Assembly: GCA_003241875.1 (NCBI GenBank) | Contig: QBLU01000012.1 | Coordinates: 757 to 64,756 of the forward strand | DNA from: Alphaproteobacteria bacterium | GTDB lineage: Bacteria > Pseudomonadota > Alphaproteobacteria > Sphingomonadales > Sphingomonadaceae | Length of the DNA stretch: 64,000 nt | Reading direction: 5' to 3' | Shown: one piece after another, positions 28,015-38,314 of the stretch | Layout of the letters: every line of letters starts with the position of its first letter | Numbering within the stretch: position 1 is the stretch's first letter | Notes under the pieces: generated by a model | What the model was told of the DNA's origin: nothing | The model's database searches: none | The model's input: the letters and a program-made list of their open reading frames with translations, nothing else | Position numbers and translations under genes: made by a program

Positions 28015-28952
28015 CCGCAAATCTCGATACCGTCGCCGAGGCGGCGCGCGCGCTCAACCCGTCGCTCTATGCCGACCTGCCGGGCGACATCGCCGTCAGC
28101 TTCGAATTCTTCCCGCCCAAGACCGCGGCGATGGAGGCGACATTGTGGGAATCGGTGGAAACGCTGAAGCCGCTGGCGCCGCGCTTTGTCTCGGTGACCT
28201 ATGGCGCCGGCGGATCGACCCGCGAACGCACCCATTCGACCGTCGCCCGCATCGCCCGCGAGACGCAGATCCCGGCCGCCGCGCACCTGACCTGCGTCGA
28301 TGCCAGCCGCGCCGAGATCGATGCCGTCGCCGATGCCTATTGGCAGGCCGGGGTTCGCCATATCGTTGCGCTGCGCGGTGATCCGCCGGCCAAGGATGCG
28401 CGCTTTGCGCCGCACCCCGATGGCTATGCCACCGCCGCCGATCTCGTGGCCGGGCTGAAGCGCGTGCATGATTTCGAGGTTTCGGTCAGCGCCTATCCCG
28501 AGGTCCACCCGGAGGCGCGCGACGCCGCCGCCGATCTCGACGCCTTCAAGTCGAAGCTCGACGCCGGGGCGACGCGCGGCATCACGCAGTTCTTCTTCGA
28601 GCCGGAGACTTTCTTCCGCTTTCGCGATCGTGCCGCCGCCGCCGGCATTTCCGCCGAGATCGTGCCGGGCATCCTGCCGGTGACCAACTTTGCCAATCTG
28701 CAGCGCATGGCCGGGCCGTGCGGCACCGCGGTGCCGGCGTGGATGGCGAGGCTGTTCGAAGGGCTCGACGACAAGCCGGCGGCGCGGCAGCTGGTCGCCG
28801 CCAGCGTGGCGGCCGAACAATGCCGGCGGCTTTATGCCGGCGGTGTCCGCCATTTCCACTTCTACACGCTCAACCGGGCCGAACTGGCCTATGCCATCTG
28901 CCACATGCTCGGGGTGCGCCCCGTCGCAGCCCCGCTGGAAATCGCCGCATGA
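28011..28952 (+). CDS. metF: 5,10-methylenetetrahydrofolate reductase
   Basis: SFEFFPPKT; SVTYGAGGSTR; ALRGD; HFYTLNR; ATGA overlap with the upstream gene. Confidence 0.97.
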   Translation: MTANLDTVAEAARALNPSLYADLPGDIAVSFEFFPPKTAAMEATLWESVETLKPLAPRFVSVTYGAGGSTRERTHSTVARIARETQIPAAAHLTCVDASRAEIDAVADAYWQAGVRHIVALRGDPPAKDARFAPHPDGYATAADLVAGLKRVHDFEVSVSAYPEVHPEARDAAADLDAFKSKLDAGATRGITQFFFEPETFFRFRDRAAAAGISAEIVPGILPVTNFANLQRMAGPCGTAVPAWMARLFEGLDDKPAARQLVAASVAAEQCRRLYAGGVRHFHFYTLNRAELAYAICHMLGVRPVAAPLEIAA

Positions 28953-29995
28953 CCATCGCCGAGCGCCTCCGCGCCGAAGCCGCCAAGCGGATCCTCGTCA
29001 AGGACGGGCCCTATGGCACCGCCATCCAGGCGCTCGGCCTGACCGAGGCCGACTACAAGGGTGAGCTGGCGTTGCCGATGGACCAGAAGGGCAACAACGA
29101 CATGCTCAACCTGACCCGGCCCGACGACATCGCCGGCGTCTGCAACGCCTATATCGGTGCCGGTGCCGATGTGCTGGCGACCAACACCTTCAACGCCAAC
29201 CGCATTTCGCAGGCCGATTACGGCGCCGAGCACCTGGTCGGCGACATCAACCGCGCCGCCGCCGGCATCATCCGGCGCTGCGCCGATGCGGCGACCGCCG
29301 CCGATGGCCGGCCGCGCTTTGTCGCCGGCGCGCTGGGGCCGACGAACAAGACGCTGTCGTTGAGCCCGCGGGTTTCCGACCCGGGCTTCCGCGAGGTCGA
29401 TTTCGACGGCGTGAAGGCGGTGTACCGCGAGCAGATCGATGCGCTGGTCGAGGGCGGCGTCGACATCATCCTGATCGAGACGGTGTTCGACACGCTGAAC
29501 GCCAAGGCCGCCGCCTTTGCCGCCGCCGAAGCCGCCGAGGCGCTGGGCCGCGAGCTGCCGGTCATGCTGTCGATGACGCTGACCGACCTGTCGGGCCGCA
29601 ACCTGTCGGGGCAGACGGTCGAGGCCTTCTGGCATTCGATCCGCCACGTGAAGCCGCTGACCGTCGGCCTCAACTGCTCGTTCGGCGCCACCGAACTGCG
29701 CCCGCACGTCGTCGCGCTGGCCAAGGTCGCCGACACGCTGATCCAGGTCTATCCCAACGCCGGGCTGCCCAACGATCTCGGCGAATATGACGAAGAGCCG
29801 GCGACCACCGGGGGGCTTGTCGGTGACTGGGCCGCGACCGGCCTCGTCAATATCGTCGGCGGCTGCTGCGGCACCACGCCGGCGCATATCGCCGCGATGG
29901 CGCGCGAGGTGGCGAAATATCCGCCGCGCCAGGTTCCCGGTGCGTACCCGGCGCTGCGCCTGTCCGGCCTCGAAGCCTTTAGTTTCGCCGCATGA
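28949..29995 (+). CDS. metH: B12-dependent methionine synthase, homocysteine-binding module (split MetH)
   Basis: DGPYGT; ATNTFNAN; GLNCSFG; PNAGLPN; [11 protein letters not shown]. Confidence 0.93.
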   Translation: MTIAERLRAEAAKRILVKDGPYGTAIQALGLTEADYKGELALPMDQKGNNDMLNLTRPDDIAGVCNAYIGAGADVLATNTFNANRISQADYGAEHLVGDINRAAAGIIRRCADAATAADGRPRFVAGALGPTNKTLSLSPRVSDPGFREVDFDGVKAVYREQIDALVEGGVDIILIETVFDTLNAKAAAFAAAEAAEALGRELPVMLSMTLTDLSGRNLSGQTVEAFWHSIRHVKPLTVGLNCSFGATELRPHVVALAKVADTLIQVYPNAGLPNDLGEYDEEPATTGGLVGDWAATGLVNIVGGCCGTTPAHIAAMAREVAKYPPRQVPGAYPALRLSGLEAFSFAA

Positions 29996-32724
29996 CCGGT
30001 CCTATCGCCAATGCCGCGCTGCCGGTCGACGACGAAGTCCTCGCCTCGCTGTCGCCGCCGTACGAGCCATCGCCCGAGGACCGCCGCGAGGCCGCCCAGG
30101 TCGCGCAGTTCATCAACATCGGCGAGCGCACCAACGTCACCGGCTCGGCGGCGTTCAAGAAGCTGATCCTCAACGGCGATTATGCCGCCGCGGTCGAGGT
30201 GGCGCGCAGCCAGGTCGAGAACGGCGCCCAGATCATCGACGTCAACATGGACGAAGGGCTGCTCGACAGCGAATTCGCCATGGTGACCTTCCTCAAGCTG
30301 ATCGCCGCCGAGCCCGATATCGCGCGGGTGCCGGTCATGGTCGACAGCTCGAAATGGACCGTCATCGAGGCCGGGCTGAAGTGCATCGCCGGCAAGGGCA
30401 TCGTCAATTCGATCAGCCTGAAGGAAGGCGAGGGCCCGTTCCTCGAACACGCCCGCAAGGTCATGCGCTATGGCGCCGCCGCGGTCGTCATGGCCTTTGA
30501 CGAAAAGGGCCAGGCCGATACGGCGCAGCGCAAGGTCGAGATCTGCGAGCGCGCCTATCGCCTGCTGGTCGGCATCGGCTTCGAGCCCGCCGACATCATC
30601 TTCGACCCCAACATCTTTGCGGTAGCGACGGGCATCGAGGAGCACAACAACTACGGCAACGACTTCATCGCCGCGACCGCCGAGATCCGGCGCCGCTGCC
30701 CGCACGCCCATATCTCGGGCGGCGTGTCGAACCTGTCGTTCAGCTTCCGCGGCAACGAACCGGTGCGCCGCGCCATGCATTCGGTGTTCCTGCTCCACGC
30801 CATCCGCGCCGGCATGGACATGGGCATCGTCAACGCCGGGCAGCTCGACGTCTATGATGCGATTCCGGAGGAACTGCGCGAGGCCTGCGAGGATGTCGTC
30901 CTCAACCGCCGCGACGACAGTACCGACCGGTTGCTGGCCATTGCCGACAAGTACAAGGGCGACGGCAAGGTCGCCGAAAAGGCCACCGACGAATGGCGCC
31001 TGCTGCCGGTCGCCAAGCGGCTCGAGCATGCGCTGGTCAAGGGCCTCGACGCGTTCGTCGTCGAGGATACCGAGGAAGCCCGGCTGCTCGCCTTCAACAG
31101 TGGCGGTCGCCCGATCGATGTCATCGAAGGGCCGTTGATGGACGGCATGAACGTCGTCGGCGACCTGTTCGGCAGCGGCAAGATGTTCCTGCCCCAGGTG
31201 GTGAAATCGGCCCGCGTGATGAAGAAGGCGGTGGCGCACCTGCTGCCGTACATCGAGGCCGAAAAGCTCGCCGGGCCCGAGGGCGCATCGTCGTCGAAGG
31301 GCAAGATCGTCATGGCGACGGTCAAGGGCGACGTCCATGATATCGGCAAGAACATCGTCGGCGTCGTGCTCCAGTGCAACAATTTCGAGGTCATCGACCT
31401 CGGCGTCATGGTGCCGTTCCAGACGATATTGCAGGCCGCCAACGACGAAGGCGCCGACATGATCGGCCTGTCGGGACTGATCACGCCGTCACTCGACGAG
31501 ATGGTCACCGTCGCTGCCGAGATGCAGCGCGCCGGCATGACCATGCCGCTGCTGATCGGCGGCGCCACCACCAGCCGCGTCCACACCGCGCTGCGCATCG
31601 CGCCGGCGTACAAGGGCCCGGTCATCCATGTCCTCGACGCCAGCCGCGCCGTCGGCGTCGCCGGCACGATGGTCAGCGACACGCTGAAGGACGAGCTCGT
31701 CACTGCCACGGCGCGCGAGTACGAGGATATCCGCGTCAAGCGCGCTGCCGGCGGGCAATCGGCGCTGGTCACGATCGACGCGGCGCGGGCCAATGGCTAT
31801 CGCCCCGATTTCGCCACCCGGCCGCCGGTGCGCCCGGCATGGACCGGGGTGCGGACCGTCGATGACGTGACGATCGAGGAGCTGATCCCCTATATCGACT
31901 GGACGCCGTTCTTCCAGGCGTGGGAGCTGGCGGGCAATTTCCCGGCGATCCTGACCGATGACGTGGTCGGGGCCAGCGCGACGGCGCTGTACGACGACGC
32001 CCAGGCGATGCTGGCGCAGATCGTCGGCGAAGCCTGGCTGCGGCCGCGCGGCGTGGTGGCGATCTGGCCGGCCCGGCGTGATGGTGACGATGTCGTGGTC
32101 TTCGAAGGCGACAACAGGGCCGAGGAACTTGGCCGTTTCCCCTTCCTGCGGCAGCAGATCGCCAAGCGCGAAGGCCGGCCGAACTCGTGCCTCGCCGATT
32201 TCGTCTCGCCCGATGGCGACTGGCTCGGCGGCTTTGCAGTGACGGTCGGGGAGGGCATCGACACCCATTCGGCGCGGTTCAAGGCGGCGCACGACGATTA
32301 CCAGGACATCTTGCTGAAGGCGCTGGCCGACCGGCTGGCGGAAGCCTTTGCGGAGCGGCTGCATGAGCGGGTGCGGCGCGAATTCTGGGCCTATGAGACG
32401 GGGCCGCAGCAGTCCAACGAGGACCTGATCAAGGAGAAATACAGCGGGATCCGGCCCGCCCCGGGCTATCCGGCGTGCCCCGAGCACAGCCTGAAGCGGA
32501 CACTTTTCGAGCTGATGGCGACCACCGAGCGCACCGGCATCACGCTGACCGACAGCTTCGCCATGCTGCCGACGGCGGCGGTGTCGGGCTTTTACTTCGC
32601 CCACCCCGAAGCCAGCTATTTCGGCGTGGCGCGCATCGGCAAGGACCAGCTCGGCGATTATGCCGAGCGGCGCGGGATCGACCTGGACACGGCGGAGCGC
32701 TGGCTGCGGCCTAACCTGGATTAG
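29992..32724 (+). CDS. metH: B12-dependent methionine synthase, folate/cobalamin/activation modules (split MetH)
   Basis: [10 protein letters not shown]; GDVHDIGKN cobalamin motif; [12 protein letters not shown]. Confidence 0.96.
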   Translation: MTGPIANAALPVDDEVLASLSPPYEPSPEDRREAAQVAQFINIGERTNVTGSAAFKKLILNGDYAAAVEVARSQVENGAQIIDVNMDEGLLDSEFAMVTFLKLIAAEPDIARVPVMVDSSKWTVIEAGLKCIAGKGIVNSISLKEGEGPFLEHARKVMRYGAAAVVMAFDEKGQADTAQRKVEICERAYRLLVGIGFEPADIIFDPNIFAVATGIEEHNNYGNDFIAATAEIRRRCPHAHISGGVSNLSFSFRGNEPVRRAMHSVFLLHAIRAGMDMGIVNAGQLDVYDAIPEELREACEDVVLNRRDDSTDRLLAIADKYKGDGKVAEKATDEWRLLPVAKRLEHALVKGLDAFVVEDTEEARLLAFNSGGRPIDVIEGPLMDGMNVVGDLFGSGKMFLPQVVKSARVMKKAVAHLLPYIEAEKLAGPEGASSSKGKIVMATVKGDVHDIGKNIVGVVLQCNNFEVIDLGVMVPFQTILQAANDEGADMIGLSGLITPSLDEMVTVAAEMQRAGMTMPLLIGGATTSRVHTALRIAPAYKGPVIHVLDASRAVGVAGTMVSDTLKDELVTATAREYEDIRVKRAAGGQSALVTIDAARANGYRPDFATRPPVRPAWTGVRTVDDVTIEELIPYIDWTPFFQAWELAGNFPAILTDDVVGASATALYDDAQAMLAQIVGEAWLRPRGVVAIWPARRDGDDVVVFEGDNRAEELGRFPFLRQQIAKREGRPNSCLADFVSPDGDWLGGFAVTVGEGIDTHSARFKAAHDDYQDILLKALADRLAEAFAERLHERVRREFWAYETGPQQSNEDLIKEKYSGIRPAPGYPACPEHSLKRTLFELMATTERTGITLTDSFAMLPTAAVSGFYFAHPEASYFGVARIGKDQLGDYAERRGIDLDTAERWLRPNLD

Positions 32725-32760
32725 GGGTGGGGCGGGCCCCGTGCGCCGGAGCTTCTGGGC

Positions 32761-32788
32761 CATGGGCCCCGGCCTGCGCCGGGGTGAC
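32761..32788. repeat. REP-like unit, family B (single intact arm)
   Basis: CATGGGCCCCGGCCTGCGCCGGGGTGAC, identical to 58802-58829. Confidence 0.75.
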
Positions 32789-32798
32789 TGCCAAGGTC

Positions 32799-33224
32799 TC
32801 AGCCCCCTGTCATCGTCGCGCTCACCCGGGCACTGTCGATCAGCCGGATCGTCGAGATGCCCTTGGCGAGTACCTTGCCGGCGGCATCGAGCAGCCGGCC
32901 TTCGGCGAACAGCGTCCGGCTGCCGCCGCTTTCGATCCAGCCTTCGGCGATGACGAGGCCGGGGTTGGTCGGCGCGAAATAGCTGATCTTCAGGTCGAGC
33001 GAGATCGGCACCCGGTCCATGCCGTGCTTGGCCATGACCGCGTGCGCCATGGCGGCATCGATCCAGCCGGCGACGAAGCCGCCCTGGGCGACGCCGCCGC
33101 TGTGGCACATGTGCAGGCCGCACAGATATTCGATCGCGGCGTCGCCGGGCTCGAAGCGGATGATGCGCTGCTGGCCGAGCGTATCGGGCAGGCTGCCGGA
33201 AACCGGTTCGGCGATGTTGATCAC
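32799..33224 (-). CDS. PaaI-family (hotdog-fold) thioesterase
   Basis: HSGGVAQGGFVAGWIDAAMA; LDLKISYFAP. Confidence 0.85.
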   Translation of the reverse strand: MINIAEPVSGSLPDTLGQQRIIRFEPGDAAIEYLCGLHMCHSGGVAQGGFVAGWIDAAMAHAVMAKHGMDRVPISLDLKISYFAPTNPGLVIAEGWIESGGSRTLFAEGRLLDAAGKVLAKGISTIRLIDSARVSATMTGG

Positions 33225-34087
33225 GAAGCGGGGGCCAGCTTGTCCTGGGTCTTCGTGTCGAAATCGCTGGCGTCGTGGCGTTCGTGGAGCTGGCTCGACG
33301 GCTCGCCCTGGACGCGGTTGACCATGCGGCCGCGCTTCACCGCCGGGCGGGCGGCGATCTGGTCGGTCCAGCGCAGCACGTTGGTGTATTCGTGGACGGC
33401 AAGGAACTCGGCGGCGTCATAGATCACCCCCTTCACCAGCGCGCCATACCAGGGCCAGATGCCCATGTCGGCGATGCTGTATTCGCTGCCGGCCATATAT
33501 TCGTTCTCGGCCAGGTGGCGGTCGAGCACGTCCAGTTGCCGCTTTACCTCCATCGCATAGCGGTCGATCGGATATTCCATCTTCGACGGGGCGTAGGCGT
33601 AGAAATGCCCGAAGCCGCCGCCGAGGAAGGGCGCCGCGCCCATGTGCCAGAACAGCCACGACAGGGCGGCGGTGCGGCTCGCCGGATCGGTCGGCAGGAA
33701 GGCGCCGAACTTTTCCGACAGGTAAAGCAGGATCGCGCCCGATTCGAAGACGCGTTGTGGCGGCGAGACGCTGTGGTCGACCAGCACCGGGATCTTGCTA
33801 TTGGGATTGGCGGCGACATAGCCGCTGCCGAACTGGTCGCCATTGCCGATGTTGATCAGCCAGGCGTCGTACTCGGCGCCGGTATGGCCGGCGGCGAGCA
33901 GCTCCTCGAGCATGACCGTCACCTTCACGCCGTTGGGGGTGCCGAGCGAATAGAGCTGCAGCGGGTGCTTGCCGACCGGCAGTTCCTTGTCATGGGTGGC
34001 GCCGGCGACGGGGCGGTTGATGTTGGCGAAGCGGCCGCCGTTCTCCTTGTTCCAGCTCCAGACCTTGGGGGGGACATATTGGGCCAT
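33221..34087 (-). CDS. yghU: Glutathione-dependent disulfide-bond oxidoreductase YghU (GST family)
   Basis: YVPPKVWSW...FANINRPVAGATH; LYSLGTPNGVKV; HERHDASDF. Start re-picked at ATG 34087. Confidence 0.93.
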   Translation of the reverse strand: MAQYVPPKVWSWNKENGGRFANINRPVAGATHDKELPVGKHPLQLYSLGTPNGVKVTVMLEELLAAGHTGAEYDAWLINIGNGDQFGSGYVAANPNSKIPVLVDHSVSPPQRVFESGAILLYLSEKFGAFLPTDPASRTAALSWLFWHMGAAPFLGGGFGHFYAYAPSKMEYPIDRYAMEVKRQLDVLDRHLAENEYMAGSEYSIADMGIWPWYGALVKGVIYDAAEFLAVHEYTNVLRWTDQIAARPAVKRGRMVNRVQGEPSSQLHERHDASDFDTKTQDKLAPAS

Positions 34088-34158
34088 CGGGAAAACCTTT
34101 CGCGCATGAACGGGGATATGCCCCTTGCTAGCGCGGCACCCGGCGCCGCGACAGCATG

Positions 34159-35406
34159 TTATTCTTGGGAGGCCGCAAGCAACCAGTTGCGCACCGCAGG
34201 GTCGCTGGCGAGGCCGGCGGCGGTGCGGGCGGCGTCGCGCGCGCCTGCGGTATCGCCGGCGCGGCGCAGCACATGGGCGCGGGCCGCCCACCACGGCTGG
34301 TAGCCGGTGCAGCGGGCCGCCAGCGCATCGAGGTCGGCGAGCGCCGCCGCCACGTCGAGCGCCGCCAGCGCCACGGCGCGGCCGACGCGGGCGCCGGTCG
34401 ATGGCGCGGTCGCCAGCAGCAGGTCGTAGAGCGCCAGCAGCGGCCCCGGATTGGCGGTGCCGGTCAGCACGGTCTCGGTGTGGAGCGACTGGATCGCCGC
34501 CTCGATCTGGAAGCGGCCGGGGGTGCGGAACCGCGCCGCCGCGCGCAGCAGCGCCTCGGCCTCGGCCAGCATCGCCGCGTCCCAGCGGCGCGCGTCCTGC
34601 GCCAGCAGCGGCACGAAGCCGCCGGCGGCATCGCGCCGGGCCGGGCGACGGGCCTCGCAGAACAGCATGAGCGCAAGCAGGCCGAGCGCTTCGGGATCGT
34701 CGGGCATCAGCTCGCCGAGCAACCGTGCCAGCCAGATCGCCTCCCCGGCGAGGCCCTGCGCCTCGGCCACCGCCGGCACATCGTCGTGGGCGGTGCCATA
34801 GGCGGCATAGATGGCGGCGAGCACGGCGGCGCGGCGCGGGGCGAGCTGATCGGGCGCAGGGATGGCAAAGGCGATCCCGGCGTCGCGGATGCGGGTCTTG
34901 GCGCGGACCAGCCGCTGGCTCATCGTCGCCGGCGCGACGAGGAAGCTGGCGGCGATGCGCGCGGCGTCGAGGCCCAGCACCGTCTGCAGCATCAGCGGCG
35001 CCTGCACGCCGGCGTCGATGGCGGGGTGGGCGCAGACGAACAGCAGCTGCAGCCGGGCGTCGCCCAGCGGCATCGGGGCTGTGCTGTCGCGTTCGTCCTG
35101 GAGCATGGCCATGGTTTCGGCTCCCGCAGAGGCAGTGGCGCCGCGGGCGCGGGCGTGCCCCAGGTTGCGGCGCGCCGCGGTCAGCAGCCAGGCGTCGGGA
35201 TTGTCGGGGACGCCGCGTTCCGGCCAGGTAGCGAGCGCCGCCGCCAGCGCCTCGGCGAGCGCATCCTCGGCGGCGGCAATGTCGCGGCTGCGGCTGGCGA
35301 GCAGCGCCAGCAGCCGGCCATAGGAGGTGCGCGCCGCCTGTTCCGCCGCCTGCCGCGCCAATGGCGCGGCAGGCGTTTCGGCAGGGCGGCGCGCCGCCCC
35401 GGTCAT
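34159..35406 (-). CDS. ECF sigma factor with C-terminal TPR-like extension (ECF42/DUF6596 type)
   Basis: SYGRLLALL..DIAAAEDALAEA..WPERGVPDNPDAWLLTAARR; LQLLFVCAHPAI; TMSQRLVRAKTRI; GRFQIEAAI; YQPWWAARA. Coupled to a YciI/DGPF gene. Confidence 0.9.
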   Translation of the reverse strand: MTGAARRPAETPAAPLARQAAEQAARTSYGRLLALLASRSRDIAAAEDALAEALAAALATWPERGVPDNPDAWLLTAARRNLGHARARGATASAGAETMAMLQDERDSTAPMPLGDARLQLLFVCAHPAIDAGVQAPLMLQTVLGLDAARIAASFLVAPATMSQRLVRAKTRIRDAGIAFAIPAPDQLAPRRAAVLAAIYAAYGTAHDDVPAVAEAQGLAGEAIWLARLLGELMPDDPEALGLLALMLFCEARRPARRDAAGGFVPLLAQDARRWDAAMLAEAEALLRAAARFRTPGRFQIEAAIQSLHTETVLTGTANPGPLLALYDLLLATAPSTGARVGRAVALAALDVAAALADLDALAARCTGYQPWWAARAHVLRRAGDTAGARDAARTAAGLASDPAVRNWLLAASQE

Positions 35407-35762
35407 GGCCCCGGCGGGTTCGGCATGACCGGGCGGATCTCCACCGAGCCGGCGGTGGCGCAAGGCGCGCGCGCCGCCCATTCCAGCGCCGCGTCGAGGT
35501 CAGGCACGTCGATGATGACATAGCCGCCGAGCTGTTCCTTGGTGTCGGCGAACGGGCCATCCTCGACCGCCCATTTGCCGTCGGTGATCCGCAGCGTCGT
35601 CGCCGTCGCCGGCGGCATCAGCGCATTGCCGCCGCGCATCACGCCAGCTGCCGCCATGGCACCCATATAGGCGGTCCAGGCGCCCCAATAGGCAGGCGCA
35701 TCGGCGGTTTCGCCGCGCGCCATCTCGGCCGGGGTTTCGAGGAAGAGCAGTGTATATTCCAT
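35403..35762 (-). CDS. YciI/DGPF-family protein
   Basis: EDGPFADTKEQLGGYVIIDV.DLDAALEWA; GSVEIRP. Confidence 0.92.
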   Translation of the reverse strand: MEYTLLFLETPAEMARGETADAPAYWGAWTAYMGAMAAAGVMRGGNALMPPATATTLRITDGKWAVEDGPFADTKEQLGGYVIIDVPDLDAALEWAARAPCATAGSVEIRPVMPNPPGP

Positions 35763-35838
35763 CGGTCGCATCCTTTCGGGTTCGCAAGGGGCTGGCAATC
35801 CCCTTCCGGCGCGCGGAAAATGCCGGCGCCTGACAGGA

Positions 35839-35866
35839 TGAGCGGCGGATTTGGCGGATTTCGACA
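35839..35866 (-). promoter_or_regulatory. Candidate ECF42-type autoregulated promoter
   Basis: Minus strand TGTCGA-N16-CGCTC upstream of the yciI-ECF operon; the -35 matches the ECF42 TGTCGA motif, the -10 is imperfect. Confidence 0.45.
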
Positions 35867-35963
35867 ATCCGGGCGGCTGTTTTTCGAATAGGCGCGGAAG
35901 CATGCCGGCATTGAACGCCGGCCGCGGCTGCGTTAAGCTTTCGGCAACCAGGGAGTGGCGAGC

Positions 35964-36773
35964 ATGGCGACCATCCTCGACAATCGTGGCGTCGATCATC
36001 GGGGCTTTACCGGGCGGGGCGACGACGGCTTTTTCCTGCGTGCGGCCTTCGGCATGGCCGCCGTCATCGCCGCCGGCTTTTCGCTGCAGCTGGCGATGGG
36101 GCGATCGAGCTTTGCCTCGCCGCCGCTGGTCCATGCCCATGCCATCGTCTTCATGGGCTGGGTGGCGCTCTACCTCGCGCAGAACTGGTTCGTCGCGACC
36201 GGCAACCGCGCCATGCACCGCCGACTCGGCTGGCTGGCGACCGGCTGGGTCGTCGCCATGGTGGTGCTCGGCTTTGCGGTGACGCTGGCGATCGTCCGGC
36301 GCGGGCAGGTGCCGTTCTTTTTCCAGCCGGTGCAGTTCCTCGTCTTCGATCCGCTGTCGGTGCTGACCTTTGCCGGGCTGACGGCGGCGGCGGTGGCGCT
36401 GCGCCGGCAGACCGACTGGCACCGGCGGCTGCATTTCTGCGGCATGTCGATGCTGCTCGGGCCGGGCTTTGGCCGGCTGCTGCCGATGCCCCTGATCGCG
36501 CCCTGGGCGTTCGAGGCGACGTTCGTGGCGACGCTGATCTTCCCGATCATCGGCGTCGTTGCCGACCGGCGCCGCCGCGGGCGCGTCCATCCGGCCTGGG
36601 GCTGGGGCATCGGCACGATGGTGGCGACGCTGCTGCTGGTGGAGGTTATCAGCTACAGCCCGGCGGGGACGGCAATCTATGACCGGGTGACTGCCGGGAC
36701 GCCGGGCGCCGCGGTGTCGCCGCTGGCGTTTCCGCCGCCGCCGGGGAACGGGCGCGTAACCGGGAGAACATGA
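35964..36773 (+). CDS. Conserved multi-pass membrane protein of unknown function
   Basis: About six hydrophobic segments; HAHAIVFMGW, HRRLGW, WHRRL and HPAW motifs. Confidence 0.75.
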   Translation: MATILDNRGVDHRGFTGRGDDGFFLRAAFGMAAVIAAGFSLQLAMGRSSFASPPLVHAHAIVFMGWVALYLAQNWFVATGNRAMHRRLGWLATGWVVAMVVLGFAVTLAIVRRGQVPFFFQPVQFLVFDPLSVLTFAGLTAAAVALRRQTDWHRRLHFCGMSMLLGPGFGRLLPMPLIAPWAFEATFVATLIFPIIGVVADRRRRGRVHPAWGWGIGTMVATLLLVEVISYSPAGTAIYDRVTAGTPGAAVSPLAFPPPPGNGRVTGRT

Positions 36774-36782
36774 GCCGATTGA

Positions 36783-36807
36783 CTCCCTCCCCGCAAGGGG
36801 GAGGGAG
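36783..36807. terminator. Hairpin between convergent genes (family C repeat core)
   Basis: CTCCCTCCCC-GCAAG-GGGGAGGGAG. Confidence 0.55.
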
Positions 36808-36820
36808 GATGTGTCAGCCG

Positions 36821-38035
36821 CTAATCGTCGAGCGCTGCATAGACCATGGTGCGGACCTCGCGGCGGACCGGATAGGTGCTGCTCGGGATCAGCTGGGTCA
36901 TGAACAGGCCGACGAGGTCCTCGGCGGGGTCGACCCAGAAGAAGGTGCTGGCGGCGCCGCCCCAGAAGGCATCGCCTTCGCTGCCCGGCATCAGCGTGGC
37001 GGCGGCATTCATCGTCGTCGCAAAGCCGAGGCCGAAGCCGATGCCGTCGTACGCGGCCTCGGAAAACAGCGATTTCGACATAGCGGCGATGCTGCTGTTG
37101 CCGGGCAGGTGGTTGGCGGTCATCAGGTCGAGCGTCTTGCGGCCGATGTAACGGTGGCCGTCGGCGGTGCCGCCGTTGAGCAGCATCTGGGCGAACTTCA
37201 TGTAATCGCCGGCGGTCGAAACGAGGCCGCCGCCGCCCGAGATGAAGCCGGGAGGCGCGAGGTAGCTACTGCCCTGGCAATCGTCCTGCAGGTCCATGGT
37301 GCCGGCGCGGTTGGGCTGGTAGCAGCTGGCGAGGCGATGGCCCTGGCCGTCGCGGACGTGAAAGCCGGTGTCGACCATGCCCAATGGCTTGAACAGGCGA
37401 TCGGACAGGAAATCCTCGAACTTCTGGCCCGACACGACCTCCACCAGCCAGCCGCAGACATCGGTCGCGACCGAATAATTCCAGCTGTCGCCGGGCGAGA
37501 ATTCCAGCGGAATCTTGGCCAGCGCGGCGATCATGTCGGGCAGGGTGCCGGCCTTTTCGATCTCGCCGATCTTTTCGCGGCGATAGGCTTCGTCGACATT
37601 GGTGCGCAGCTGGAAACCATAGGTCAGTCCGGCGGTGTGGCGGAGCAAGTCGACGACCTGCATCGGCCGCTTCACCGGGGTGGTCTGGAAGCCCATGCGC
37701 TGGGTGCCGGCGGCGAACACGGCGAGGTTCTTCCATTCCGGAATGTAGCGGTGGACGGGGTCTTCGAGCGCGATCTTCGCCTCTTCGACGAGCATCATCA
37801 GCGCCACCGAGGTGATCGGCTTGGTCATCGAATAGATGCGGAAGATGGTGTCCTCGGCGATGGCGGTGCCGCGCTCGACATCGGCGTGGCCGGTCATCCC
37901 CAGATGGGCGATGTCGCCGTGGCGGGCGAACATGGTCAGCGTGCCGGGCAGCTTGCCGGTAGCGACGTATTTGTCGTTGAGGAAGCGATCGATGCGCGCC
38001 AGGCGCTCCGGCGAGAAGCCGAGTTCATCGGGCAT
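36821..38035 (-). CDS. Serine hydrolase, beta-lactamase class C/esterase family
   Basis: FRIYSMTKP (SxxK); LLRHTAGL; WNYS; GGGGLVSTAGDY; WGGAAST. Confidence 0.92.
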   Translation of the reverse strand: MPDELGFSPERLARIDRFLNDKYVATGKLPGTLTMFARHGDIAHLGMTGHADVERGTAIAEDTIFRIYSMTKPITSVALMMLVEEAKIALEDPVHRYIPEWKNLAVFAAGTQRMGFQTTPVKRPMQVVDLLRHTAGLTYGFQLRTNVDEAYRREKIGEIEKAGTLPDMIAALAKIPLEFSPGDSWNYSVATDVCGWLVEVVSGQKFEDFLSDRLFKPLGMVDTGFHVRDGQGHRLASCYQPNRAGTMDLQDDCQGSSYLAPPGFISGGGGLVSTAGDYMKFAQMLLNGGTADGHRYIGRKTLDLMTANHLPGNSSIAAMSKSLFSEAAYDGIGFGLGFATTMNAAATLMPGSEGDAFWGGAASTFFWVDPAEDLVGLFMTQLIPSSTYPVRREVRTMVYAALDD

Positions 38036-38047
38036 GGGGCGGGGTCC

Positions 38048-38269
38048 TTACAGGGTCGGCTGGTCGAAACGGCGCGGGCTGATCTCGCCGTGCAGTTTCA
38101 GGATGGCGTCGCTGCCGGCGGTCTTGCACAGGCCGGGCACCAGGCCGTGGACGATGCATTTCGCCGCCGCGACCGCCAGCCGCCCGGCGACGCCGAAGGC
38201 CGCGCCCATGTGTTCGAAATAGCTTTCGTTCACGGCGCGGGGGTGATCGACGAACAGGCGGGCGAACAT
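38048..38269 (-). CDS. Small DUF6356-like protein
   Basis: HPRAVNESYFEHM...CIVHGLVP.L..TAGSD pattern. Confidence 0.7.
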   Translation of the reverse strand: MFARLFVDHPRAVNESYFEHMGAAFGVAGRLAVAAAKCIVHGLVPGLCKTAGSDAILKLHGEISPRRFDQPTL

Positions 38270-38314
38270 CGCTGGCAGCCTCCAAGACTTTGCTGCCGCC
38301 TTATTCCCCAGAAA

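Noticed and set aside
28949-32724. metH split as a frameshift pseudogene
   Set aside because: Both halves have their own start codons in ATGA overlaps and complete domain sets; two-gene MetH is common in Alphaproteobacteria.
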